58,454 nt of DNA. Source: Minisyncoccota bacterium. Lineage in GTDB: Bacteria > Patescibacteriota > Patescibacteriia > Patescibacteriales > UBA12465. The stretch lies in contig JAIPJA010000003.1 of NCBI GenBank assembly GCA_021734405.1, positions 1 through 58,454 on the forward strand, given 5' to 3'. Under the pieces are notes generated by a model. It was not told where the DNA came from. It worked only from the letters and a program-made list of their open reading frames with translations, and searched no databases. The translations under genes were made by a program, and so were the position numbers. Every line of letters begins with the position of its first letter. The first letter of the stretch is position 1. This document shows positions 16,238 through 25,845 of the stretch, in pieces.

Positions 16238-18310
16238 TTATTTTTTCTTATTTATATCTGCTTCCTCTTTTGCCCCTTCTAGATCTTCTTTTTCCACATA
16301 ACCTATTTCCTGATCACATTTAGGGCAATACTTGTGCTCCCCGGAAAGATAGCCATGCTTAGGACAAATAGAGAAAGTGGGGGTGATAGTAAAATATGGA
16401 AGCTTGTAGCTATAGATAATATTTTTAACTAACTTCTTAGTAGTCTCAGCGTCTTTAATTCTTTCTCCAATAAAGCCATGTAAAACTGTTCCACCAGTAT
16501 ATTTAGTTTGTAAGCTATCTTGCAAATCTAAAGCTGTATAAATATCATCAGTAAAATTAACTGGCAAATGAGTAGAGTTAGTATAATAAGGTTCAGCTCC
16601 ATCCTCGTAAGCTTCTTGATTGGCGCACAGGATGTCTTTGTAAAGCTCTTTATCTTTTTTAGCAAATCTGTAGGTAGCTCCTTCAGCTGGAGAAGCTTCA
16701 AGATTATATAAATTATTAGTCTGATTTTGATAATCCATTAAACGTTCTCTCATCATATCTAATATTTCCTCAGCCAAGGCTTTACCTTTTTCACTGGCAA
16801 TATTTTCGCCCATAAAATTTAACAGAGCTTCGTTCATTCCATTTATGCCAATAGTGCTAAAGTGGTTTTGCCAATAGGTTTTAAACCTTTGTTTTATGCC
16901 TTGTAAATAATGACTAGAGTAGGGGTAAAGTCCGCCATCGGAAAGTTTTTCAACTATATCTCTTTTTATCTCTAAGCTTTCTTTAGCCATATCCATTAAC
17001 TCTTTAAGTCTATCTTTAAAATCTTTTTTAGTCTTAGATAAATAACCAATACGAGCTAAGTTAATAGTAACCACACCTAAACTTCCAGTTAGAGGATTAG
17101 CACCAAAAAGCCCACCACCTCTTTTTCTCAGTTCTCTATTATCTAAACGCAACCTACAACACATACTTCTAGCATCATCTCTGTCCATGTCTGAATTTAC
17201 AAAGTTAGAGAAATAAGGGATGCCATACTTAGCAGTCATCTCCCACATAGGCTCTAGAGCCTCAGCTGTCCAATCAAAGCTTTTATCAATGTTATAGGTA
17301 GGGATAGGAAAGGAAAATACTCTACCAGTAGAGTCTCCTGCTAACATTACTTCAGCAAAAGCCTTATTAAACATGTCCATTTCTTTTTGAAAATCTTTAT
17401 ACTTCTCCTTTTGTGGTTCTCCACCAATAATAATGCTTTCTTCTCCTAACAATTTAGAAGGGGTAACATCTAAAGTTACATTGGTAAAAGGAGTTTGGAA
17501 GCCTACTCTAGTAGGTACATTTACATTAAACATGAATTCCTGTAAGCACTGTTTTACATCTTTGTAGCTTAATTTATCATAACGAATAAAAGGAGCTAGA
17601 TAAGTGTCAAAGTTAGCAAAAGCTTGAGCTCCAGCAGCTTCACCTTGCATGGTATAGAAAAAATTAACAATTTGTCCCAAAGCACTTCTAAAATGTTTAG
17701 GGGGTTTACTTTGTACTTTTTCATTTACACCGCCAAAACCTTTTATAAGCAGATCTTTTAAATCCCAACCACAACAATAAGGAGCTAAAAGCCCTAAATC
17801 ATGAATATGAAAATCACCATTTATATGAGCTTCTCTGATATTTTTAGGATAAAGCTTATTTAACCAATAACGAGCAGAGATAGCTGAAGCTAAATAATTA
17901 TTAAGCCCCTGAACGGAATAGCTCATGTTACTGTTCTCCTTAAGCCTCCAATCTAATCTACCTAAATAGTCTTCCATTAATTTTTCTCCAGTGGCAGACT
18001 TAATTTCTCTTAGTTGTCTATGTTGCTCTCTGTAAATTATAAAGGCTTTGGCAATATTTATTTTATTGCGTCTAATTAAGACTTCCTCAACAATATCCTG
18101 AGCCTCCTCTACAGCTGGAATGCTGTTTTTATGAAACTTAGAATTTATCTTTTTAACAACTTCATTAGCCAAATCTTTAGCTAAGCTTTTATCATCAACG
18201 CCAACTGCTTTAGCAGCGCTGTAGATAGCTTTATAAATCTTGTCCTTTTTAAATTCGACAATTTTGCCGGAGCGCTTGCGAATTTGAGAAATAGTTTCGG
18301 GCATAAGCAT
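16238..18310 (-). CDS. nrdD: anaerobic ribonucleoside-triphosphate reductase catalytic subunit, lacking the glycyl-radical tail
   Basis: N-terminal ATP-cone and conserved class III core (e.g. SMCCRLRLD). The C-terminal zinc ribbon CPKHGY...CPKC is followed only by an acidic/K-rich tail and TAA. Confidence 0.9.
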   Translation of the reverse strand: MLMPETISQIRKRSGKIVEFKKDKIYKAIYSAAKAVGVDDKSLAKDLANEVVKKINSKFHKNSIPAVEEAQDIVEEVLIRRNKINIAKAFIIYREQHRQLREIKSATGEKLMEDYLGRLDWRLKENSNMSYSVQGLNNYLASAISARYWLNKLYPKNIREAHINGDFHIHDLGLLAPYCCGWDLKDLLIKGFGGVNEKVQSKPPKHFRSALGQIVNFFYTMQGEAAGAQAFANFDTYLAPFIRYDKLSYKDVKQCLQEFMFNVNVPTRVGFQTPFTNVTLDVTPSKLLGEESIIIGGEPQKEKYKDFQKEMDMFNKAFAEVMLAGDSTGRVFSFPIPTYNIDKSFDWTAEALEPMWEMTAKYGIPYFSNFVNSDMDRDDARSMCCRLRLDNRELRKRGGGLFGANPLTGSLGVVTINLARIGYLSKTKKDFKDRLKELMDMAKESLEIKRDIVEKLSDGGLYPYSSHYLQGIKQRFKTYWQNHFSTIGINGMNEALLNFMGENIASEKGKALAEEILDMMRERLMDYQNQTNNLYNLEASPAEGATYRFAKKDKELYKDILCANQEAYEDGAEPYYTNSTHLPVNFTDDIYTALDLQDSLQTKYTGGTVLHGFIGERIKDAETTKKLVKNIIYSYKLPYFTITPTFSICPKHGYLSGEHKYCPKCDQEIGYVEKEDLEGAKEEADINKKK

Positions 18311-18317
18311 GGGGTAG

Positions 18318-18791
18318 TTAATTTTTTTTAATTATTTTCTTTTTTTTAATTAATTTGTTTAGCTCATTTCTAAATTGCTTAGCATCTTTAAAGGATTCAT
18401 AAACAGAAGCATAGCGGATATAAGCAACCTGATCTGTCCTTTTTAAATGCCTCATAATAATTTCTCCTATTTTCTCTGAGGCTATTTTATTTTTTCTTAT
18501 TTTTTGTACATCTCTCTCTATAGCATGAACCAGTCTTTGAAACTTTTCTTTATCTACCGGTCTTTTTTCCAAAGCTCTTTTTAAACCCTTAACTATTTTT
18601 TCCCGATTATATAATTCATGACGTCCATCTTTTTTCACAATCACTAAATCAAGTATTTCTATTTCTTCATAAGTAGAAAAACGAAAACCACATTTAAGAC
18701 ACTCTCGACGTCTCCTAATGCAAAGCCCATCTGACGCAGAGCGAGAATCTATAACTTTAGTGTCTTCAAAATAACAGATGGGGCATTTCAT
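18318..18791 (-). CDS. nrdR: transcriptional repressor NrdR
   Basis: MKCPICYFEDTKVIDSR... zinc ribbon (CxxC...CxxC) plus an ATP-cone. Confidence 0.9.
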   Translation of the reverse strand: MKCPICYFEDTKVIDSRSASDGLCIRRRRECLKCGFRFSTYEEIEILDLVIVKKDGRHELYNREKIVKGLKRALEKRPVDKEKFQRLVHAIERDVQKIRKNKIASEKIGEIIMRHLKRTDQVAYIRYASVYESFKDAKQFRNELNKLIKKKKIIKKN

Positions 18792-18805
18792 AAAAAAGTT
18801 TAATA

Positions 18806-18854
18806 ATGCTATATATAGTGGATTATATCAATTAATTACCACTATATCTTGTAA
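18806..18854 (-). promoter_or_regulatory. two NrdR boxes bracketing an extended -10 promoter of the nrdR-nrdD operon
   Basis: Box 1 is the reverse complement of 18806-18821 (CCACTATATATAGCAT); box 2 is 18839-18854 (CCACTATATCTTGTAA). Each matches about 12 of 16 positions of the published acaCwAtATaTwGtgt consensus, and their centres are about 33 bp apart. TGATATAAT lies on the minus strand at 18822-18830. Confidence 0.7.
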
Positions 18855-18874
18855 TTATATTTTTATATTAACAA

Positions 18875-18905
18875 ATAAAAAATCAGCGGTCAAGCCTACT
18901 GATTT
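18875..18905 (-). terminator. possible terminator after the histidine kinase gene
   Basis: Minus-strand AATCAG-12 nt-CTGATT followed by TTTTTATTT. Weak stem. Confidence 0.3.
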
Positions 18906-18965
18906 TTACTTAATTTTAGAGAAATTTTTAAAATTTATTTAAAAGATATTAAAGTAATCCACAGC

Positions 18966-21611
18966 TTAAATAAGTTTATTAATAGTTTTTAATAATTGCT
19001 CTGGTTTAGTTTCTTCTTTAAAAATAAACTCATCTGCCCCCAATTTTTCCGCTTTCTTTCTATCCTCCAAAGAGTTGAGATTAGTAAAGACTATTAGAGG
19101 TACGTCTTTAGTACTTTTAGAGCTTTTAAACAAACTAAGTAATTCCCAACCCTGTTCAGCTACTGGATTTATTTTTTCCCCCTTACTAGTTTTCGGTATA
19201 ATAATATCTAAAATAATAATATCTGGCTCATATTTAATAGCTTCTCTATAGGCATCTTGAGCAGAAAAACTATGAGCAAATTGATAATTATTTTTTTGAA
19301 AATACCTTTCGTACATTTTTACCAAGTTAATCTCATCTTCAACCATAAAAACTCTAGCTCCTTGACTTTTCTTGTTAACTAGTAACTGTTTATTAGCTTT
19401 TTCTGATTTTTTCTTGTTAGTAGTAGGGATTTTAGCAATATCAAGAGAAAAACTAAAAGTAGTTCCCTTGTTTTTAGCAGTATTTTCAATATTTAATTTA
19501 TTCTTATGAGCTCTTATAATCTTATTAGCAATATATAAACCTAAACCTGAACCATCAGGATTTAGAGAAACCGCCCCTTCTCCTCGAGAAAATTTTTCAA
19601 ACACATGCCTAGCTTCATCTTGAGTCATGCCAATGCCCGTGTCTTTTATTAACACTTTTAATTTATCCTTAGTTTTCTCAAAACTTATTTCCACCTCTCC
19701 TTTAGGAGTGTAGTTTATGGCATTATCTAAAAGGTTAGAAATAACATGAACTATATTTTTTTTATCACAATAAACTAAAGGCATTTTAAAATTAGGTTTT
19801 TTTAGACTTAACTTTAAAGCTTTATCTTTTAAGCCTTCAATTTCTTGTTTACTCTCCAATATATTTTTAATAATCATAAAAATATTATCTGGTTCTAAAT
19901 TGAGCTCCATATCCTCCCCCTCCCAGGCAAAAGCTTGCCAGAAATCATTAATAGTATTATCTATTCTATCTAAACCAGCCTTAGCATAAACTAAACCTTC
20001 TTTGGCAGAAAAAGTGCCATCATCTATCATGGCAAAAGAATTTTTAATAATAGATATGGGAGTGTTTAACTGATGATTAACTACTCTTAAAAAATCCTTC
20101 TTTAAACCTAAAAGCTCCTGCAGACGAACATTTTTTTCATTTATATCTCTTGTCTGGTCTTTTACTCTCTTTTTTAATGCTTTATTAAAGTCTTTTAAAG
20201 TTTCACTCTGCTCTTCTAGCTGACAATAAAGCAGGGATCTTTCAACCGCAATAGCTACTTGCCTGATTAAAGTTTTTAAAAGATTTAAATCGTTAGTGTT
20301 ATAGGTAAAATTCAAACTCTTTTTGTCTAAAGCAATAAAGCCAATAAAATCTTTTTTAATTATTAAAGGCAAAGCTAAGTGAATATTTTCTTCTTGAAGC
20401 TCTTTTAAAAGCCTATTCTTCTCACCTCTCAAGTTTTTTTCTCGACATAATAGCTCTAGTTCATCAGTAATTAAAATTTCTTGAGTCTTTTTTAAAAACC
20501 TGTAAATATGACTGGTTGGTTTAATATAAAACAAGCCTTTTATTTTTCCATCTCCTTGGCAAGCCCCTTGTTTTCTAGGGCTTAAAAACATTCTTACTTC
20601 TTTTGACTCTACAATATTAGCAATAGATTCTATAGTAATTTCCACAATTTCTTTAGTGTGGACATGGGTGGTTAAATCATAGATAAGTTTATCTATGTTT
20701 TTCTGGTATTTATATAAATCTACAAAAAAGTACCTATTAGCTAACTTAATAAACAAATAGTCATTAGCATGAAATAAATAAGCAAAAATTATAGCTAAAA
20801 AAGCCCCAACCACATAAGACTGCCAAACAAATATTTCCCCAAACAAAGATAGCAGTAATGATGAAACTCCAAAGTAGGCTAAATAAGAAAAGAGACCAGC
20901 TCCAATAAAGATAAAAATCTTTTTAAAAGCTATACGAAAATTTACAAATCTTTTTACTACCACCGTATAAATATTGCCACTAAAAATTATTACTGTTGAA
21001 AGTGCACCCACCCAATAATACTCCATAATGCCAAACTTAGGCAAAAGCAAATTAAATACACAAATAGCTACTAAAAGAATAATGTAGTTAAAAGAAGCAT
21101 AAAAAATCTTAGCCTTTTCTATATTAGTAGCAGAAAAATATTTTCTTAAAAAATAAAAAATTGATAAGACTATGAAAAGAAGGGTAAAAATCCAATAGAC
21201 ATCATAAAAATAACCATTATAAACCTGGCTAGGAGTAGAAGAAATAATAATATCAGGCACAAAAATGAAAGCAAAGACCACTATGCCTAAAGCTGCTGCC
21301 AGCCAGAGCCAGGCGATATCATGGGCCCTCTTTTTATCCACAAAAGGGAAAAAATAAGCAAATAAGAGAGAAGCTAAGGAGGCTACAAATAAACTCGCTG
21401 AGATAAACATGGATAAGGTGAACTGATCTAAATTATTATCCGATCTCAAAAAGATAACGAACAAAATCCACAAAGAAAAAAAGAAGCCTTGCAAGAACAA
21501 AAGCTTGGAAGAAAAAGATTTAAACCTAAAAATTAAAACTGCTAGAGACAAGCCTATAATTATAACTAGCCCCAAAGACAAAATTAGATTTATAACATCA
21601 AAAGTTATCAT
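18966..21611 (-). CDS. hybrid sensor histidine kinase (polytopic membrane N-terminus, GAF-like region, HisKA, HATPase, C-terminal receiver)
   Basis: About 290 aa of TM helices. H-box VNHQLNTPIS, N-box LLDNAINYT, G-boxes DTGIGM and GSGLGLYI. The receiver domain reads VFMVEDE...DIIILDIIIP. Confidence 0.85.
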   Translation of the reverse strand: MITFDVINLILSLGLVIIIGLSLAVLIFRFKSFSSKLLFLQGFFFSLWILFVIFLRSDNNLDQFTLSMFISASLFVASLASLLFAYFFPFVDKKRAHDIAWLWLAAALGIVVFAFIFVPDIIISSTPSQVYNGYFYDVYWIFTLLFIVLSIFYFLRKYFSATNIEKAKIFYASFNYIILLVAICVFNLLLPKFGIMEYYWVGALSTVIIFSGNIYTVVVKRFVNFRIAFKKIFIFIGAGLFSYLAYFGVSSLLLSLFGEIFVWQSYVVGAFLAIIFAYLFHANDYLFIKLANRYFFVDLYKYQKNIDKLIYDLTTHVHTKEIVEITIESIANIVESKEVRMFLSPRKQGACQGDGKIKGLFYIKPTSHIYRFLKKTQEILITDELELLCREKNLRGEKNRLLKELQEENIHLALPLIIKKDFIGFIALDKKSLNFTYNTNDLNLLKTLIRQVAIAVERSLLYCQLEEQSETLKDFNKALKKRVKDQTRDINEKNVRLQELLGLKKDFLRVVNHQLNTPISIIKNSFAMIDDGTFSAKEGLVYAKAGLDRIDNTINDFWQAFAWEGEDMELNLEPDNIFMIIKNILESKQEIEGLKDKALKLSLKKPNFKMPLVYCDKKNIVHVISNLLDNAINYTPKGEVEISFEKTKDKLKVLIKDTGIGMTQDEARHVFEKFSRGEGAVSLNPDGSGLGLYIANKIIRAHKNKLNIENTAKNKGTTFSFSLDIAKIPTTNKKKSEKANKQLLVNKKSQGARVFMVEDEINLVKMYERYFQKNNYQFAHSFSAQDAYREAIKYEPDIIILDIIIPKTSKGEKINPVAEQGWELLSLFKSSKSTKDVPLIVFTNLNSLEDRKKAEKLGADEFIFKEETKPEQLLKTINKLI

Positions 21612-21621
21612 AAATTATATA

Positions 21622-22008
21622 TTATTTAGCTAAAATTCTTTTAACCTTATCCACTACTTCGCTGGGGGTAAGTTCAATTTTAATAATGTAATCATCTGCT
21701 CCTAATTTTTTGGCTTTCTTTACTTCTTCAGTACCACTAAAATTACTAAGCATTATTACTAAAATATTTTCAGTAGTAGGACTACTTTTAATTTTTTGTA
21801 AAACTGCAAAACCATCTAAACTGCCAGGCAGTAAAATATCTAAAAGCACCAAGTCAGGTTTGTTTTTAGAAATAATATCTAAAGCTGGCTCAGCTGCCCC
21901 CACCTTATCAAGCTTGAAACCAGCTTGAGCAAATTTCTTTTCATAGATATTAGCAAGAAAAGGATCATCTTCTACTAAAAGTATCTTAACTGGTTCCTGA
22001 TTAGACAT
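21622..22008 (-). CDS. single-domain CheY-like response regulator
   Basis: MSNQEPVKILLVEDDPF...DLVLLDILLPG...K. No output domain. I chose the start at MSNQEP rather than the longer ORF start at 22065. Confidence 0.85.
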   Translation of the reverse strand: MSNQEPVKILLVEDDPFLANIYEKKFAQAGFKLDKVGAAEPALDIISKNKPDLVLLDILLPGSLDGFAVLQKIKSSPTTENILVIMLSNFSGTEEVKKAKKLGADDYIIKIELTPSEVVDKVKRILAK

Positions 22009-22167
22009 AAATTTAAATAAGCATAAATAAAAATAGATAACTCCTTGATAATTATATAATAACATTTTTTAGAGTTTTGGTAAAACAATTTTAAATTTAT
22101 TAAATTAATATTTTTATTCTTTTATTTTCATTTTAATTTTAATGAAAACAAAGACTAGTGCTAATTT

Positions 22168-22392
22168 TTAACCAGGTTTAACCTTGCGCTTGTCAAAAAT
22201 ATTTTTAAGCAATAATCTAGCCTTGTCTAAGACTTGAAATTCATCAATCATTAAGTCAACAAATTCTTTGGGGAAGTTATGGTATTGCTCTAAATATAAT
22301 TCTATAGTGACCAAACTATTTAATACGGATACATTATAAAAAATCATCCGCAAACAAATATGCTTGATAAAAATACAATAGAAAACTATCAA
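22168..22392 (-). CDS. doubtful small ORF (74 aa), unknown function
   Basis: Supported only by the ORF track. It lies downstream of the ftsZ terminator, has no motif, and its N-terminal third looks like AT-rich noise. Confidence 0.15.
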   Translation of the reverse strand: MIVFYCIFIKHICLRMIFYNVSVLNSLVTIELYLEQYHNFPKEFVDLMIDEFQVLDKARLLLKNIFDKRKVKPG

Positions 22393-22401
22393 CTATGGTA
22401 T

Positions 22402-22430
22402 AAAAAAATAGGGTTTTACACCCTATTTTT
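22402..22430 (-). terminator. intrinsic terminator after ftsZ (bidirectional shape)
   Basis: A7-TAGGGT-TTTAC-ACCCTA-T5. Confidence 0.65.
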
Positions 22431-22457
22431 CTATATTCTCAATTATTTTAGCTAATA

Positions 22458-23699
22458 TTACATCATCTTCTTCCGAATAAAAGCTGGTACGCTTAACTCA
22501 TCATCTTCATCATCATTTTTAGCAGTCTTATCTTCTTTTTTAGGCTCTATCTTAGGACGACTAATAGCGTTTCTATCGTCTTCTTCAACCTTTTTATCTT
22601 CTTCCTCCTCTTTGTCTTCTTCCGCCACGGACCAAGGATTTTTTATAAAACTATTTTTACTCTTTAACTCTTCCTCTGCTTGCTGACTAACAAATGAGTT
22701 TGGACTATAGGCTCTGTCAAAACTACTAGTTTTTTTACCAGTTTCCTGATTGTCAAACCCAGTCGCTACTACTGTAATTTTTATTTGATCTTTTAATTTT
22801 TCATCAATAACAGCACCAAAAATAATTTTAGCTTCCTCATCCGCTGCTGAAGTAATAACTTTAGCTGCGTCATTTACTTCATTCATACCTAAATTAGATC
22901 CACCAGTAATAGTAAAGACTATGCCTCTAGCCCCTTCAATCGACATGTCCAGCAGACTAGAGTTTATAGCTGCTTTAGCAGCCTCTACTGCCTTGTTTTC
23001 CCCGCTAGACTGACCAATACCCATTAAAGCTGAACCGGCATTAGACATAACTGCCTTAACATCAGCAAAGTCAGCGTTAATAACACCTGGAACAGTAATA
23101 ATTTCAGCAATTCCTTGCACTCCTTGACGCAAAACATCATCAGCTACGTTAAAAGCTTCTAAAAGAGAAGCTTTTTTCTCAATTACCTGTAAAAGCTTGT
23201 CATTAGAAATAGTAATAATAGTGTCAACTCTATCAGCTAACTCTGAAAAAGCTCTATCAGCAATGTTTTTTCTTTGTCCGCCCTCAAAAGAGAAAGGTTT
23301 AGTAACCACTCCTACAGTTAAGGCGCCTAAATCTCTAGCTATCTGAGCAACCACTGGAGCGGCTCCACTACCAGTTCCGCCACCTAAACCACAAGTTACA
23401 AATACCATATCACAACCTTTTAGCATTTCTCTAATTTCATTTTGTGATTCCTCAGCTGCTTGTTTGCCTAAGTCTGGATTCATGCCAGCGCCTAAACCTC
23501 TAGTAACAGCTTTGCCAATATGAAGCTTTTCTCCAGCTTTATTATAATGCAAAGCCTGAACATCAGTATTCATAGCCACAAATTCTACGCCCTGAATGCC
23601 TTTTTCAATCATTCTATTGATAGCAGCGCCTCCGCCTCCGCCAACGCCGACAACTTTAATTTTAGCAAAGGTTTCTACTGCTGGTTTTACTTCTGCCAT
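22458..23699 (-). CDS. ftsZ: cell division GTPase FtsZ
   Basis: [11 protein letters not shown] tubulin signature, a long acidic linker and the conserved C-terminal peptide [10 protein letters not shown]. Confidence 0.97.
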   Translation of the reverse strand: MAEVKPAVETFAKIKVVGVGGGGGAAINRMIEKGIQGVEFVAMNTDVQALHYNKAGEKLHIGKAVTRGLGAGMNPDLGKQAAEESQNEIREMLKGCDMVFVTCGLGGGTGSGAAPVVAQIARDLGALTVGVVTKPFSFEGGQRKNIADRAFSELADRVDTIITISNDKLLQVIEKKASLLEAFNVADDVLRQGVQGIAEIITVPGVINADFADVKAVMSNAGSALMGIGQSSGENKAVEAAKAAINSSLLDMSIEGARGIVFTITGGSNLGMNEVNDAAKVITSAADEEAKIIFGAVIDEKLKDQIKITVVATGFDNQETGKKTSSFDRAYSPNSFVSQQAEEELKSKNSFIKNPWSVAEEDKEEEEDKKVEEDDRNAISRPKIEPKKEDKTAKNDDEDDELSVPAFIRKKMM

Positions 23700-23726
23700 A
23701 AAAATATTATTAATTCTTTTTATATA

Positions 23727-24980
23727 TTAAGGGGCAATTTTCTTTATCCATGACCTTACTTTCCCCGCAATATCCCCTAAATTTTTAGTAATTTTTGAAG
23801 GTTTGTGTTGAGGCTCATAATGGCTAGCCCAAGCTATAAGGCCTAAAGCTGTAGAATACTTGCCCTCATTAACTTTGTCAATAACTGTTTCTAAATTCCT
23901 ATTAATCCCCAAACCCGCAGGTAATCTTAAATATTTTTTAGCTGCCTCAGTTAAATTTCTAAGCTCACTGCCTTCACCAGTTAAAAAAACTCCGGCTGGA
24001 AGCATTCCGGAACGTTCTATTTTTTTAAGTTCATTATCTATCATATTAAAAATTTCCTCTACTCTAGCATCAATTATTTCTGCTACATATTTTTTAGAAA
24101 CAGGCTCTAGAGTTTCATTAACCTCTTCTTCTTTGCTTAATTGTTCTAAATTTATCTCTTCCTTTTTATCAATAATTTCAGGCATAGCATCACCAAACTC
24201 TATTTTTATTCTCTCAGCTAAATTAATAGGACAACGAAGACCAATAGCAATATCTGAAGTAATATGCTCAGAGCCAACTGGTAAAATAGCGGCGTGTAAT
24301 AAATTACCCTCTTCGTATACAGATAACCCAGTAGTTGTCGCCCCTATATTTATAACTGCTACTCCTAGATCTTTTTGTTTTTTGCTAAGCAAAGCTTCCC
24401 CAGCTGCTAAAGGAGAAACTACTAAATCTTCAATATCTAACCCTGTTCTATATATAGCCTTGGTTAAATTTTTTAATTGACTAGAAAGACCTAAAATAAT
24501 TAAAGTTTCTACTTCTAGTCTAATACCACTCATTCCTATTGGGTCTTTTATATCCTCCTGATTATCTACAGCAAAACGAATTGGTATTACATGTAATATC
24601 TCATAATTAGCTGGCACAGCCACACTACCGGCAGCTTCAATAGCTCTGTCAATATCAGCTTCATTTATCTCGCCATCACTTTTACCTACCGCTACTACAC
24701 CTTTACTTCTTTCACAACGGATTTTGGGATCGTTTACACTTAGCCAAACATTATTTATTGGCACGCCCACTAGCCTTTCCGCCTTTTCAATACAAGCTGA
24801 AACTGAGGAGGTAGTATCTTCAATACTGCTGACTACCCCTTTATTAAACCCGCTGGTAGGAACGGAAACGGCGCCAATAACCTGTAGTCCCCCACCAAGC
24901 TCTCTATTAGAGCGCTGAGAAACCACTAAACGAATCTCACTGGAACCAATATCCAAGCCGGAAATAATTTCTTCTTTCAT
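23727..24980 (-). CDS. ftsA: cell division protein FtsA
   Basis: Actin-fold motifs GLDIGSSEIR and VINIGATTTG. Lies directly upstream of ftsZ. Confidence 0.93.
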   Translation of the reverse strand: MKEEIISGLDIGSSEIRLVVSQRSNRELGGGLQVIGAVSVPTSGFNKGVVSSIEDTTSSVSACIEKAERLVGVPINNVWLSVNDPKIRCERSKGVVAVGKSDGEINEADIDRAIEAAGSVAVPANYEILHVIPIRFAVDNQEDIKDPIGMSGIRLEVETLIILGLSSQLKNLTKAIYRTGLDIEDLVVSPLAAGEALLSKKQKDLGVAVINIGATTTGLSVYEEGNLLHAAILPVGSEHITSDIAIGLRCPINLAERIKIEFGDAMPEIIDKKEEINLEQLSKEEEVNETLEPVSKKYVAEIIDARVEEIFNMIDNELKKIERSGMLPAGVFLTGEGSELRNLTEAAKKYLRLPAGLGINRNLETVIDKVNEGKYSTALGLIAWASHYEPQHKPSKITKNLGDIAGKVRSWIKKIAP

Positions 24981-25080
24981 ATAAATTAAACTTAAGCCTA
25001 ATTAATAGACGCTTATTACTATTATACAAAAAAATAACAAATAAGACAAATAGTATTTAATAAAAAGTGATATAAAAATA

Positions 25081-25836
25081 TTAACTAAAAAGACTGAAAT
25101 ACCAATTAGTTAAAACTTCATGAAAAAGCAAGACTAAAACACTGGCCACAGCTAAAAAAACTCCTAAAGGTAAGCGACTTTGCCACCTCTTTTTACCTAA
25201 AAACATTAAAACTATAGCCACCACAGAGCCAAGCAAATAAGCTATTAAAATAACTAAAAGTAAATGACGTAAATTAACAAAAACTGCTCCTATAAGAAGA
25301 CCTAAATATATATCCCCCTCTCCTATACCCTTCTTCTTAGTAAGTAAATATTGAAACCAGAAAAAAGCAAAAGCTAGGGCTAAACTTAAAACTATTTGCC
25401 ACCAGAAAAAACCTAAAAATAAATTAAAAGCTACTGCTATAAATATAGCTGGAACCACTAAGAGCAAAGATACCAATTGCCAACGAAGATCAAAAACAAA
25501 CACTACTATCATAACTGCTATCACTAACCAATTTCTAGCCAAAGCAATACTTAAAGGTTCTAAATCAGGCAAAAAATAAAAGGCAGCTACAAAAAGCACA
25601 GCTGTTATTGCTTCTACAGCTGGATATTGCCAAGAAATTTTTTTAGCACAATGCCGACAGCTACCTCTTAAAAATATAAAACTGAAAATAGGTATATTGT
25701 CATACCAGGAAATCTGATGACGACAATGAGGGCAATAAGAGCGCCCCCATAAACTTTCTTCTTGAAATAAGCGCCAAATTAAGCAATTTAAAAAACTACC
25801 CACTATTAAACCAAAAATAATTACTAAAAGATACAT
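25081..25836 (-). CDS. pilD: type IV prepilin peptidase (A24 family)
   Basis: N-terminal CPHC...CRHC zinc motif, a polytopic membrane body and GIGEGD catalytic Asp motif. Confidence 0.85.
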   Translation of the reverse strand: MYLLVIIFGLIVGSFLNCLIWRLFQEESLWGRSYCPHCRHQISWYDNIPIFSFIFLRGSCRHCAKKISWQYPAVEAITAVLFVAAFYFLPDLEPLSIALARNWLVIAVMIVVFVFDLRWQLVSLLLVVPAIFIAVAFNLFLGFFWWQIVLSLALAFAFFWFQYLLTKKKGIGEGDIYLGLLIGAVFVNLRHLLLVILIAYLLGSVVAIVLMFLGKKRWQSRLPLGVFLAVASVLVLLFHEVLTNWYFSLFS

Positions 25837-25845
25837 AAAAATAAA

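Noticed and set aside
23860-24480. 206-aa plus-strand ORF inside ftsA
   Set aside because: It lies entirely antisense to a clearly conserved FtsA coding sequence. Its composition is Ser/Leu/Ile-rich and typical of the mirror frame of an AT-rich gene, and it has no motif.
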